Shown: positions 13,479 to 21,862, counted from the first letter of the stretch. The stretch is DNA of 34,101 nucleotides from a bacterium (GCA_035400585.1 DAOMZR010000003.1:1-34101); one strand, 5' to 3'. Numbers and translations: made by a program. Notes: generated from the sequence alone by a model not told the origin.

Positions 13479-13901
13479 ATGTGGTTAGTATATGCTTTGC
13501 TTTCAGCTATTTTTGCAGCTGGAGTAGCTATTGTTGGTAAATTGGGTTTAAAAAATATTGATTCAACTTTAGCTACTACCGTTAGATCGGTTATTATGGC
13601 TGTTTTCTTGTTAATTGTTAGTTTTTTATTAAAGAAATTTCAAAATTTTTCTTTTTCCTCTTTTTCTTCCAAAGATTGGTGGTTGATAGCTTTTTCTGGT
13701 ATTTTCGGTGCTCTTTCCTGGTTATTTTATTTTTTCGCCTTAAAAGACGGACAAGCAACGGCCGTAGTAGCTATTGATCGTTTGAGCATGGCTTTTGTGT
13801 TTATTTTGGCACTTATCTTTTTAGGCGAAACATTTAGTATTAAAGGATTGATCGGAGTTGTTTTAATAGTTGCTGGAGCTATTTTGTTTTCCTTGAAATA
13901 A
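13479..13901 (+). CDS. Half-size EamA/DMT-family membrane transporter (140 aa)
   Basis: Four to five TM segments and a typical EamA-domain C-terminal pattern: LSWLFYFFALKDGQATAVVAIDRLSMAFVFILALIFLGE...GAILF. Confidence 0.7.
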   Translation: MWLVYALLSAIFAAGVAIVGKLGLKNIDSTLATTVRSVIMAVFLLIVSFLLKKFQNFSFSSFSSKDWWLIAFSGIFGALSWLFYFFALKDGQATAVVAIDRLSMAFVFILALIFLGETFSIKGLIGVVLIVAGAILFSLK

Positions 13902-13932
13902 TATTTATTTTTTTCAAATAATTTTTGCATTT

Positions 13933-13966
13933 AAAAAAGACTTTTTTTAAAAAGTCTTTTTTTGTT
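13933..13966. terminator. Bidirectional terminator between convergent genes
   Basis: AAAAAAGACT (13933-13942) / AGTCTTTTTT (13953-13962). A-run and T-run flanks allow function on both strands. Confidence 0.65.
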
Positions 13967-13978
13967 TTCTACATTTAA

Positions 13979-14248
13979 TTAAATTTGAGCCATCTGGTAT
14001 TTTTCAGCTACAAATTTTTTAATTCTTTGCCTAACTTTTTGATTTTCTTCATTACAAAACCAAACACTCCAGCCTTTGTTTTTTTTGTAAAGTGAAATCC
14101 TTTCTTTCAAGTTTTCGGTTTCACCGATATCGGCTATTTTGTTTTTGGGATTAGCAACAACATAAACTCCCGGTTTTTTGTCAAAAGAGAAGTTGACGGG
14201 GAATTTTCCTTTAAAGGCAAAACCTCTAATAACTACTTGCTTATCCAT
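13979..14248 (-). CDS. Small stand-alone GIY-YIG-like domain protein (89 aa)
   Basis: PGVYVVANPKNKIADIGETENLKERI fits the GIY-(x10)-YIG-x-T/S-x-N-L-x-x-R spacing of GIY-YIG nucleases. It is transcribed divergently from the LexA-like gene. Confidence 0.5.
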   Translation of the reverse strand: MDKQVVIRGFAFKGKFPVNFSFDKKPGVYVVANPKNKIADIGETENLKERISLYKKNKGWSVWFCNEENQKVRQRIKKFVAEKYQMAQI

Positions 14249-14321
14249 TTGTTTATTTATTTTTAATAATTAGATTTAACTTAATTATCAAAAATATTGA
14301 TTAATTATTTTTTATATTTTT

Positions 14322-14350
14322 ATTTTAGTAAATAAAAAATATCTTGTCAA
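14322..14350 (-). promoter_or_regulatory. Sigma70 promoter for the GIY-YIG gene (minus strand)
   Basis: On the minus strand: TTGACA (14350-14345), 17-nt spacer, TAAAAT (14327-14322). Confidence 0.5.
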
Positions 14351-14402
14351 TAAGTAAAACTTGTCAAGACCTGTGGATAAGTTTGACAAAAAAACTTGAC
14401 AG
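14343..14402. promoter_or_regulatory. Four copies of a 9-bp palindrome YTTG-N-CAAR (candidate operator array)
   Basis: The four sites are CTTGTCAAT (14343-14351), CTTGTCAAG (14360-14368), TTTGACAAA (14382-14390) and CTTGACAG (14395-14402). The outer boxes coincide with the -35 hexamers of the two divergent promoters. Confidence 0.45.
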
Positions 14403-14424
14403 ATTTGTAAAATAGGCTTAAAAT
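14396..14424 (+). promoter_or_regulatory. Sigma70 promoter for the LexA-like gene
   Basis: TTGACA (14396-14401), 17-nt spacer, TAAAAT (14419-14424); 30 nt upstream of the ATG at 14454. Confidence 0.55.
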
Positions 14425-14453
14425 AAAGATATAATAATTAAAACACCATTTTT

Positions 14454-15086
14454 ATGCATGATTTACAAAAGAAATTATTAAAATTATCATCAAATAGTGA
14501 TATTTCAGAGATGACCTTACGTGATATTAGTGAGGCTGTGGGTGAGGGTCGAGAAAATCCTCAAAAAATAAAACATCATCTCCAGCAATTAGTAAAAAGA
14601 GGTCTTTTGAAGAGCGAAAATGGTAAATATAGAAAAATATCGGATATTATTAATAATGTAAAATCAAACCTAATGTCTCTGCCGATATTTGGTTCGGCTA
14701 ACTGTGGAGAGGCAATTTCTTTTGCCGAAGATCACATTGAAGGCTATTTAAAGGTTTCTCCTAAAATAACAAATAACAATAAGAATCTTTTCGTGGTTAA
14801 GGCTAGGGGTAATTCAATGAATAAAGCCCTAATTAATGGGGAGAATATAGATGATGGTGATTATGTTTTAGTTGATTCGGAAAAGAAAAGCCCTGAAAAT
14901 GGTGATTATGTCTTGTCAATTATTGATGGTTTGGCCAATATTAAGAAATTTAAAGAAGATAAAAATCGTGGAATAATAATGCTAATATCAGAGTCTACTT
15001 CTAGCTATGACCCAATCTATATTCATCAGGATGATCGAGATTTTTATTCTGTCGCTGGCAAGGTGGTTGGAATTCTGAAAAATTAA
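14454..15086 (+). CDS. lexA: LexA-like repressor (N-terminal winged HTH plus C-terminal S24 self-cleaving peptidase)
   Basis: 210 aa. The N-terminus resembles the LexA DNA-binding domain (MTLRDISEAVG...KIKHHLQQLVKRGLL). The linker GSANCGEA is equivalent to the VAAGEP cleavage loop. The S24 Ser motif is RGNSM and the Lys motif is ANIKKF. Confidence 0.75.
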   Translation: MHDLQKKLLKLSSNSDISEMTLRDISEAVGEGRENPQKIKHHLQQLVKRGLLKSENGKYRKISDIINNVKSNLMSLPIFGSANCGEAISFAEDHIEGYLKVSPKITNNNKNLFVVKARGNSMNKALINGENIDDGDYVLVDSEKKSPENGDYVLSIIDGLANIKKFKEDKNRGIIMLISESTSSYDPIYIHQDDRDFYSVAGKVVGILKN

Positions 15087-15100
15087 GACATAGAAAGGAT

Positions 15101-15131
15101 AAAAACGACAATACTATTTGTCGTTTTTTTT
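15101..15131 (+). terminator. Rho-independent terminator
   Basis: ACGACAA (15105-15111) / TTGTCGT (15118-15124), 6-nt loop, then T8. Confidence 0.75.
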
Positions 15132-15204
15132 ATTTTATGTTATTATTGTATTAGAAATTTGAACAAAGATTTTCTTTGTTTGTTCTAAAATTAACCTAAT
15201 TTTT

Positions 15205-15441
15205 ATGAGTGAAGAAGAAAAAAAAATAAAAAGAAAAAAAGTGTTAATGGAACTTAGAGCCGAAGAAGAAACCGAAAATCAATTGATTTGGCTTTATCAA
15301 ACTCTGATAGATTTAGGTATTGAAAATTGTTTTTCTGAAGATAACAAAGCTTTTTTTAGTGATGGCATGAAAACCCTAAGGGACGAATCAAAGGCCCATA
15401 AATTACTGATTAATAGCGTCATTAATAAATACGATAATTAA
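15205..15441 (+). CDS. Small acidic helical protein (78 aa), orphan
   Basis: First ORF after the lexA terminator. Predicted two-helix hairpin, with Glu-rich helix 1 and DESKAH in helix 2. Confidence 0.55.
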   Translation: MSEEEKKIKRKKVLMELRAEEETENQLIWLYQTLIDLGIENCFSEDNKAFFSDGMKTLRDESKAHKLLINSVINKYDN

Positions 15442-15452
15442 AGTCTAAACAT

Positions 15453-15680
15453 ATGAAATTTAATCAATGCTCAATGAGCCAAGAAGGAATTTTGCTTAAC
15501 TTACAAAAAGGTTTAGACAGTGAAGTTCGGGCCAGAGATTTGTGTCAAGAATTGTTGGAAGTACTAGACGATGAGAATGACAAAAAAATAGTTGAAAAAA
15601 TACTTAAAGACGAGGAAAGGCATATTAAAATAACCGAAGAGTTAATATCCATTGCTAAAGCTTTTTATATTAACCAATAG
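15453..15680 (+). CDS. Small helical protein (75 aa) with an E-x29-ExxH ferritin-like half-motif (tentative)
   Basis: LDSEVRARDL...KDEERHIKITEEL has Glu followed 30 residues later by E-x-x-H, the half-site pattern of diiron four-helix-bundle proteins. Confidence 0.55.
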   Translation: MKFNQCSMSQEGILLNLQKGLDSEVRARDLCQELLEVLDDENDKKIVEKILKDEERHIKITEELISIAKAFYINQ

Positions 15681-15695
15681 GATTTTTTCTATCCT

Positions 15696-16091
15696 ATGAT
15701 TGCTAGTCCTAAGAAAATTTTAATAGTTGAAGATGAAAGACCTTTTGCTAGAGCTTTAGAATTAAAGCTTTCTAGCATTGGTTTTAAAACTAGAACTGCC
15801 TTTGACGGGCAGGAGGCTTTGGATTATCTCAAAAAGGATAAATTTGATTTAATGCTTTTAGATTTGGTTATGCCCAACATTAGTGGTTTTGATGTTTTAT
15901 TAAAATTACAACAAGCTAAGAGCAAGGTGCCAGTAATCATTACTTCTAATCTTGGACAAGAAGATGACTTGAAAAAAGTTCAGGCTTTTGGTGTTTTAAA
16001 ATATTTTGTAAAATCAGATGTTGGCATCATTGAAATAGTAAATTATGTTCGTGATTTTTTAAATAATAATGCTAAAGACGATAAAAAATAA
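15696..16091 (+). CDS. Stand-alone CheY-like response-regulator receiver domain
   Basis: KILIVEDE..., phospho-acceptor context DLMLLDLVMP, VPVIITSN, and Lys in KYFVKS. There is no output domain. Confidence 0.85.
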   Translation: MIASPKKILIVEDERPFARALELKLSSIGFKTRTAFDGQEALDYLKKDKFDLMLLDLVMPNISGFDVLLKLQQAKSKVPVIITSNLGQEDDLKKVQAFGVLKYFVKSDVGIIEIVNYVRDFLNNNAKDDKK

Positions 16092-16103
16092 AAAATAAAA
16101 ATT

Positions 16104-17747
16104 ATGAATTTGGACGAGAATAAAATTAGGCAAATACTTTTAGATCAAAATTATATCACCACGCTTGATTTACAAAAGGCAGAAAAATCTGTAGGCGATA
16201 ATGCTTCAATCGTTGATTATTTTTTAGATCAAGGAATTTTAAATAAAAAACTTTTAGGGCAAGCTCTAGCTGAGTATGAAAAAGTTCCTTATTTTGACTT
16301 GAAGAATAATTTGCCATCTTATGAGCAAATACTTAAATTTCCAGAAGAAATTGCTAGAGAATATCGCTTAATCTTTACTAAAGAAGATGAAGATAAAATG
16401 TTTTTTACTTCCGATATTCCAAGCGAATCAAAAAAAGTTTTTATGAGTATGGGTGATTTATTTCCGATTGAAAATATAACAATTTCATACTCACTGCCAG
16501 AAGATATTGATTTTGCTTTGGATTATTTTTATAAAAAACCTCTTAAAACCAGATTTAGTGATATTATTAAAAGTGGTCGCAAAGTGGCCCAGGAAATAGT
16601 TACTGAAATTTTTAGAGATGCATTATCTTATAATTCTTCTGATATTCACTTTGAACCACAGGGAAAAGAAACTATTATTCGTTTTAGAGTCGATGGTGTT
16701 TTACAAGAGGCTGGTAGAGTTTCCAATGAATACTACAACAACATTTTAAATTTTATAAAAGTTCAAAGTGGTCTTAGAATAGATGAACACTATTCAGCTC
16801 AAGATGGCTCAATGAATTATAAATTCGGTAAACAAGAAGTGGATATGCGTATTTCTATTTTGCCAGTAGTTAGTGGTGAAAAAATAGCTATCCGTATTTT
16901 AGCTAAATATATTAAAGGTTTTGGTTTGCATGAAATTGGGCTAGAAAAAAAAGATAGGGATTTAATGAGAAAAGAAATTCAAAGACCGTTTGGTATGATT
17001 TTAACTTCCGGTCCAACTGGAAGTGGTAAAACAACTACTCTTTATTCTTTGCTTAGACTTTTGAATAATCCTCGAGTAAATATAACTACCCTTGAAGACC
17101 CAATCGAATATAGAATAAAAGGCACAAACCAAATACAGGTTAATTCAGTTACTAATTTAACATTTTCTAGGGGTCTTAGAACTATTGTTCGTCAAGATCC
17201 AGATGTTATTATGGTTGGAGAAATTAGAGATGAAGAAACAGCTGAAATGGCGGTTAATGCTTCTTTGACCGGACATTTATTATTATCAACTTTTCATGCT
17301 AATGATTCAGCTACTACTATTGCTCGTCTTTTAGATATGGGGGTCGAACCATTTTTATTGGCCTCTACCTTAAGAGTTGTTATTGCTCAAAGGTTAGTAA
17401 GAAAGCTTTGTGAAAAATGTCGCTATAGCGTCTCTATTTCTAAAGATGATTTTAAAAAAGAACATCCTGATGTAGCTAAATATTTAAAAAAAGATAATAA
17501 TATTTTTTATCAGTCTCATGGTTGCGAGGCTTGCGGTTATACTGGTTATAATGGTCGAACGGCTATTTTCGAAATAATATTAAACACTCCGGAATTACAA
17601 GATTTAATTCTTTCCAGGCCATCAGCTAAACAAATTTGGGAACTAGCCAAGCAACAAGGATCTGGTTCTTTGTTTTCTGATGGTATGCAGAAAGTTAAGG
17701 CTGGCGTTACATCTTTAGATGATTTATTACGCGTTGCTTTACCATAG
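16104..17747 (+). CDS. pilB: Type IV pilus assembly ATPase PilB (GspE family)
   Basis: N-terminal GSPII-E N-domain-like region, Walker A SGPTGSGKTTT, Asp box, Walker B DPDVIMVGEIRD, His box, and tetracysteine CEKC...CEAC. Confidence 0.9.
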   Translation: MNLDENKIRQILLDQNYITTLDLQKAEKSVGDNASIVDYFLDQGILNKKLLGQALAEYEKVPYFDLKNNLPSYEQILKFPEEIAREYRLIFTKEDEDKMFFTSDIPSESKKVFMSMGDLFPIENITISYSLPEDIDFALDYFYKKPLKTRFSDIIKSGRKVAQEIVTEIFRDALSYNSSDIHFEPQGKETIIRFRVDGVLQEAGRVSNEYYNNILNFIKVQSGLRIDEHYSAQDGSMNYKFGKQEVDMRISILPVVSGEKIAIRILAKYIKGFGLHEIGLEKKDRDLMRKEIQRPFGMILTSGPTGSGKTTTLYSLLRLLNNPRVNITTLEDPIEYRIKGTNQIQVNSVTNLTFSRGLRTIVRQDPDVIMVGEIRDEETAEMAVNASLTGHLLLSTFHANDSATTIARLLDMGVEPFLLASTLRVVIAQRLVRKLCEKCRYSVSISKDDFKKEHPDVAKYLKKDNNIFYQSHGCEACGYTGYNGRTAIFEIILNTPELQDLILSRPSAKQIWELAKQQGSGSLFSDGMQKVKAGVTSLDDLLRVALP

Positions 17748-17750
17748 TTT

Positions 17751-18791
17751 ATGTCTTTAAATAAAAGCTATCTAATAGAAAATTTAGCAACCTTAGTTGA
17801 AGCCGGAATAAATATTCCCGAGGCTTTATCGATTGTATCTTCTGGTGTCAAAAACAAATCTTTTAAATCAGTTGTTGACGGAATTAAGGATAGTGTTGAT
17901 TCTGGTTTTTCTTTGTGGCAATCTTTTGAAAAGACTGGAATCTTTTCTAAGAGAGATATTTCTTTGATTATGATCGGAGAAGACTCTGGGCATTTAGTAG
18001 AAAATTTAAATATTTTATCGCTTCAACATCAAAAAGAAAAATTTTTTAGATATAAAGTTTATTCAGCTTTAATGTATCCCAGTTTAGTTCTTTTTTTGGT
18101 TTTGGTTATTGGAACTGGAATGAGTTGGTTTCTTTTGCCAAGATTAGCCTTAGTTTTTGTTCAATTAGATGCTAAATTGCCGACTATAACTAAAGTTATG
18201 ATTTCTGTTGGTAATTTTTTTGGAAACTATGGCTTGTTTTTCTTTCCTTTGCTTTTCATCTTTTTATTTTTATTCTTTTATATAATCTTTGTTCACAAAA
18301 AAACAAAAGTTATTGGTCAAAAATTTTTATTTAATTTTTTTAGTACTCGAAAATTAATTTTAGAAGCTGAACTATCTCGTTTTGGTTATGTTTTAGGAAC
18401 ACTGCTTAATGCCGGCTTCTCTATAGACGAATCTTTAAGATTAATGAATCAGGCCAGTACTCTTCCTTTTTACGGCGATTTCTATCTTTATTTATCGGAA
18501 AGCGTTTCTGATGGTATATCTCTTAAAGATAGTTTTAATTCTTTTAATGGCTCACAAAAATTAATACCAAGTTCTGTTCAGGAGATGATTTTTGTTGGTG
18601 AGCGCTCTGGCAAATTACCAGAAATACTTCTTAAAATAGGAAAGAATTACGAAGAGAAGCTGGATATTACTACCAGAAATTTGTCAGCTGTTTTAGAACC
18701 GGTTCTTTTAATAGCTGTTTGGTTGGGCGTGGTATTTCTTGCTTTATCTATCATTCTTCCGGTTTATAATTTAATTAGCAATATTAATTAG
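17751..18791 (+). CDS. pilC: Type IV pilus platform protein PilC (GspF family)
   Basis: 346 aa with the duplicated GspF-type cytoplasmic domain (SLWQSFEK.../SLKDSFNS...) and three TM segments. It lies immediately after pilB. Confidence 0.85.
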   Translation: MSLNKSYLIENLATLVEAGINIPEALSIVSSGVKNKSFKSVVDGIKDSVDSGFSLWQSFEKTGIFSKRDISLIMIGEDSGHLVENLNILSLQHQKEKFFRYKVYSALMYPSLVLFLVLVIGTGMSWFLLPRLALVFVQLDAKLPTITKVMISVGNFFGNYGLFFFPLLFIFLFLFFYIIFVHKKTKVIGQKFLFNFFSTRKLILEAELSRFGYVLGTLLNAGFSIDESLRLMNQASTLPFYGDFYLYLSESVSDGISLKDSFNSFNGSQKLIPSSVQEMIFVGERSGKLPEILLKIGKNYEEKLDITTRNLSAVLEPVLLIAVWLGVVFLALSIILPVYNLISNIN

Positions 18792-18796
18792 TTTTT

Positions 18797-19231
18797 ATGA
18801 ATAGTAAAAAAGCCTTTACTTTGTTGGAAGTGCTTTTAACTGTCTCTATTTTGGTTTTGTCGGCTGGAGTTATGTCTCCTATCTATTTTTCTGCCAAAAA
18901 TAAAGAAGATTTAAGTTCTTCGGTCGATATGGTTGTTGCTTCTTTGCGCAGAGCTCAAGCTTTGTCTATCGGTGGACAACATGATACTTCCTGGGGTGTT
19001 AAAGTACTAAATGGCAATATTATTGTTTTTAGTGGCAATGATTTTTTATCCAGAAATTCAGCTTTTGATGAAAAAATTTTAACAAATAAAAATATTATTA
19101 TTAGTGGTAATAATGAATTTGTTTTTGATAAGATTACTGGAAGTACATCTGATTTTGGAAGTGTAATTTTAAGCTTGAGATTAAATTCAAACACGATTAG
19201 TGTTAATAAAAGAGGAATTGTTTCTCATTAA
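18797..19231 (+). CDS. Minor pilin/pseudopilin (FimT/GspH-like), class III signal peptide
   Basis: MNSKKA|FTLLEVLLTVSILVL has Glu at +5 and Ala instead of Gly at -1. SLRRAQALSI resembles GspH/FimT. Confidence 0.75.
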   Translation: MNSKKAFTLLEVLLTVSILVLSAGVMSPIYFSAKNKEDLSSSVDMVVASLRRAQALSIGGQHDTSWGVKVLNGNIIVFSGNDFLSRNSAFDEKILTNKNIIISGNNEFVFDKITGSTSDFGSVILSLRLNSNTISVNKRGIVSH

Positions 19232-19234
19232 AGT

Positions 19235-20767
19235 ATGTTTGTAAATATTAAAAACAAAAAAAGAGGTTTTAGTAGCGTTGAAATTCTTTTAGCCGGATCG
19301 GTTATGGGTCTGGTTCTTATTTCTTTGTTGGGATTTTTGTTTTATGCTAGCGATTCTATTAAAGGTGATAATATCAGCTCTAGATCATCTTTTGTTGCCA
19401 AAGAAGGACTGGAAGCTGTTTCTAGTATTAGAGACAGGGGTTTTGTTAATTTAGTTGATGGTGTCTATGGCTTATCATTTACTTCTGGTCAATGGGATTT
19501 TTCTGGGGCAAGCGATCAGGTTGGTGATTTTAACAGAGCGGTAACTATTAGCACTATTTCAGAAAATATTAAGAAAGCTACCGTTTTAGTTACTTGGACT
19601 AAAAGTCCTGGACGTTCTGGAAGTTTATTTTTAAGTAAATATTTTACCAATTGGCAAGAACAAGGTAGTGGAGTTGTGTTAACTCAAGCTGAACAATTAA
19701 TAGTTGATACTTCTGGTCTATTAATAAATAATAATCAGGTAAATGGAACGCTTCTTTCAAATAGTGGTCCAGATGAAACCATAACTATAGATAGCATAGA
19801 ACTTATATGGATGGGTGTAAACTCCAACACTAGAATAAATTCAATGGTTATTGGAGGAACAACTGTCTGGAGTGGTTCGGGAACTTCTGGCTCAACTTTT
19901 TATTTATCTACCCCTTATGATATTAATTTATCAGCTGGCACATATCCCATATCTTTTAATTTTAGTAGAAGAGTAACGGCAATAACCTTATACGCTAGAT
20001 TTAATATGTCGGATGGTTCTTACAAGCAAGCCGATATTACATCTGGTGCTGGTGAAGATTTAACCCCACCGGCGGCTATAAATGATTTAATGTCAATTTA
20101 TAGTGACCACGAACTAGTTACTCTTATTTGGACTGCTCCTGGTGATGATGATTGGACTGGTCTAGCTACGGCCTATGAAATTAGATATTCACAGAGCCCA
20201 ATAAATGACACTAATTGGGAATCAGCCACTCTTTTTTCTTCTCCACCTGCCCCGCAGATTGCTGGTAGTTTTGAATTTGTGGATGTAACCGGTTTATCAC
20301 CTAGCACTGCTTATTATTTTGCTATTAAGACTAGTGATGAAAATGAAAATATTTCTGGTTTGTCGAATGTTGTTTCAGAAAGCACCACTGCTATTATGCA
20401 AGCCGCTTATTTGCAAATAGATATGAGTGGGGCAGCTGTGGCTATCCCACCCTTAAACAACAGAAATGTTTCTAATATACTTCTTTCTAATGGTGGGGCT
20501 AGCGATATTTCAATAAGATCAATAGGTGGGTTTTGGAGTGGTAGGACATTGCAGCAAATTTATATTAATGGCATTTCTGTGTGGAGTGGCAACATAAGTT
20601 CTGGTGGAACAGCCACTTTATCAACTCCTTATACTTTAATTTCTTCTGGTGGGCCATATGACTTACGTTTGAGATTTAATAATAGATTTTCCGGTCAAAC
20701 AATATATTATCTTGAATTCACGATGACCGATGGATCTATTCAGTATAGTGATTCTAAAAGTTTTTAG
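19235..20767 (+). CDS. Large pilin-like protein (510 aa): prepilin N-terminus, two paralogous beta-rich modules flanking an FN3-like domain
   Basis: N-terminus KKRG|FSSVEILLAGSVMGLVL. Residues ~150-268 and ~388-508 align with each other (QAEQLIVDTSG/QAAYLQIDMSG, TVWSGSGTSGSTFYLSTPY/SVWSGNISSGGTATLSTPY, FNMSDGSY/FTMTDGSI). Residues ~275-385 read as FN3 (DLTPPAAINDL...YEIRYS...LSPSTAYYFAIKTSDENEN). Confidence 0.75.
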   Translation: MFVNIKNKKRGFSSVEILLAGSVMGLVLISLLGFLFYASDSIKGDNISSRSSFVAKEGLEAVSSIRDRGFVNLVDGVYGLSFTSGQWDFSGASDQVGDFNRAVTISTISENIKKATVLVTWTKSPGRSGSLFLSKYFTNWQEQGSGVVLTQAEQLIVDTSGLLINNNQVNGTLLSNSGPDETITIDSIELIWMGVNSNTRINSMVIGGTTVWSGSGTSGSTFYLSTPYDINLSAGTYPISFNFSRRVTAITLYARFNMSDGSYKQADITSGAGEDLTPPAAINDLMSIYSDHELVTLIWTAPGDDDWTGLATAYEIRYSQSPINDTNWESATLFSSPPAPQIAGSFEFVDVTGLSPSTAYYFAIKTSDENENISGLSNVVSESTTAIMQAAYLQIDMSGAAVAIPPLNNRNVSNILLSNGGASDISIRSIGGFWSGRTLQQIYINGISVWSGNISSGGTATLSTPYTLISSGGPYDLRLRFNNRFSGQTIYYLEFTMTDGSIQYSDSKSF

Positions 20768-20773
20768 CTATTT

Positions 20774-21295
20774 ATGAAAATATTTTTTACAAAAAAAATT
20801 AAGAAAGGAATGACTCTTATCGAAACTATGTTTTATTTAAGCTTGTTTATCGTCATGTTTTCGATACTTTTTACTTCTTTAAATATTTTTTATAGTAACA
20901 AAATAAAAAACAAAACAATTTTAGAAGTTGAACAACAAGGATTTATTGCTTCGACTATAATTAGCCAAGAAATTAGAAACGCTCAATCTATAAATTCTCC
21001 TTCAATTGGAGCGACCTCAGATACTTTATCTTTAGAGCATTTTGATGCTCTAAAAAATCCCTTAGTAATTTCTTTAATAAATAATCAAATAAATATCGAT
21101 GAAGGTGGTGAATCTAATTATTTAAATTCATCTCTAGTTAATGTTAGTAATTTAAGTTTTGTCAACAATTCAATCGTTGATGGCAATCAATCAATTTCTT
21201 TTAGTTTTGATGTTAATTATAATTCTGACAGCAATAGGCAAGAATATAAATATAGCAAAAATTTTTTTGGCACGGTTAATCTTCGTAAAAAATAA
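20774..21295 (+). CDS. Minor pilin/pseudopilin
   Basis: KKG|MTLIETMFYLSLFIVMF prepilin-type N-terminus with Glu at +5. Confidence 0.7.
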   Translation: MKIFFTKKIKKGMTLIETMFYLSLFIVMFSILFTSLNIFYSNKIKNKTILEVEQQGFIASTIISQEIRNAQSINSPSIGATSDTLSLEHFDALKNPLVISLINNQINIDEGGESNYLNSSLVNVSNLSFVNNSIVDGNQSISFSFDVNYNSDSNRQEYKYSKNFFGTVNLRKK

Positions 21296-21296
21296 T

Positions 21297-21704
21297 ATGT
21301 TGAAATTAAAACATGAAAACAAGTCAGGTTTTGTAGTAATGATTAGCGTTCTTATAGTCAGTGTTATTGTTTTATCAATTTCAGTTACTATCGCTTTTTT
21401 AAATACCGGGGCTGGAAAAAATAGCCTGACCTTAAAAGATTCTGATCAGGCAAGATTATTGGCTGAAACTTGTTCAGAGCAGGCTTTACTGGAGATATCA
21501 TTAAACAGGGCTTATTTGGGTAACGCTAATCTAAGCTTTTTAGAAGGAGATTGTTCTTATAATGTTATTTCTGGAGCAGGAGAAAATAGAACAATAGAAT
21601 CTTCTGGTTTTTCTGGTGATAGTGTTAGAAAAGAAAGAATATTGATTAATGCCTTAAATCCTGATATAATTATTTCGTCATGGCAGGAAATAGCCGATTT
21701 TTAA
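21297..21704 (+). CDS. PilX/GspK-like minor pilin (135 aa from ATG 21297)
   Basis: MLKLKHENKSGFVVMISVLIVSVIVLSISV has a hydrophobic N-terminal helix without Glu at +5, as in PilX-type proteins. The ATG lies 1 nt after the upstream stop. The longer track ORF from 21159 overlaps the previous gene in another frame. Confidence 0.6.
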   Translation: MLKLKHENKSGFVVMISVLIVSVIVLSISVTIAFLNTGAGKNSLTLKDSDQARLLAETCSEQALLEISLNRAYLGNANLSFLEGDCSYNVISGAGENRTIESSGFSGDSVRKERILINALNPDIIISSWQEIADF

Positions 21705-21734
21705 TTGTTCACATTTTTTTAACAGTTATAAAAT

Positions 21735-21763
21735 TTGGAGATTTTTGATTTTTGTGTTATATT
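21735..21763 (+). promoter_or_regulatory. Possible promoter for the major pilin gene
   Basis: TTGGAG (21735-21740), 17-nt spacer, TGtTATATT (21755-21763), within a 158-nt AT-rich intergenic region. Confidence 0.3.
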
Positions 21764-21862
21764 AAATTTAAAGTAAAAAATAATAAAGGTCGATAGATTT
21801 ATTATTTTTTTATTAATATAAATTAAAATATTTTTCATGTTTTATTTTTTAAAAGATAATTC

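Noticed and set aside
13979-14248. The GIY-YIG ORF as a homing endonuclease of a mobile intron or intein
   Set aside because: It is only 89 aa with no DNA-binding extension, is not inserted within another gene, and has its own promoter and terminator. A small stand-alone, possibly repressor-controlled nuclease-like protein fits better.
15140-15204. A sigma70 promoter for the pilus operon just after the lexA terminator
   Set aside because: A TTGAAC is present, but the best downstream TAAAAT is 21 nt away, which is too far. No convincing -35/-10 pair could be placed by eye, so no promoter is called there.
21159-21296. Upstream 46 codons of track ORF 21159-21704
   Set aside because: They overlap the 3' end of the preceding pseudopilin gene in another frame. 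The ATG at 21297, 1 nt after that gene's stop, gives a typical PilX-like hydrophobic N-terminus.
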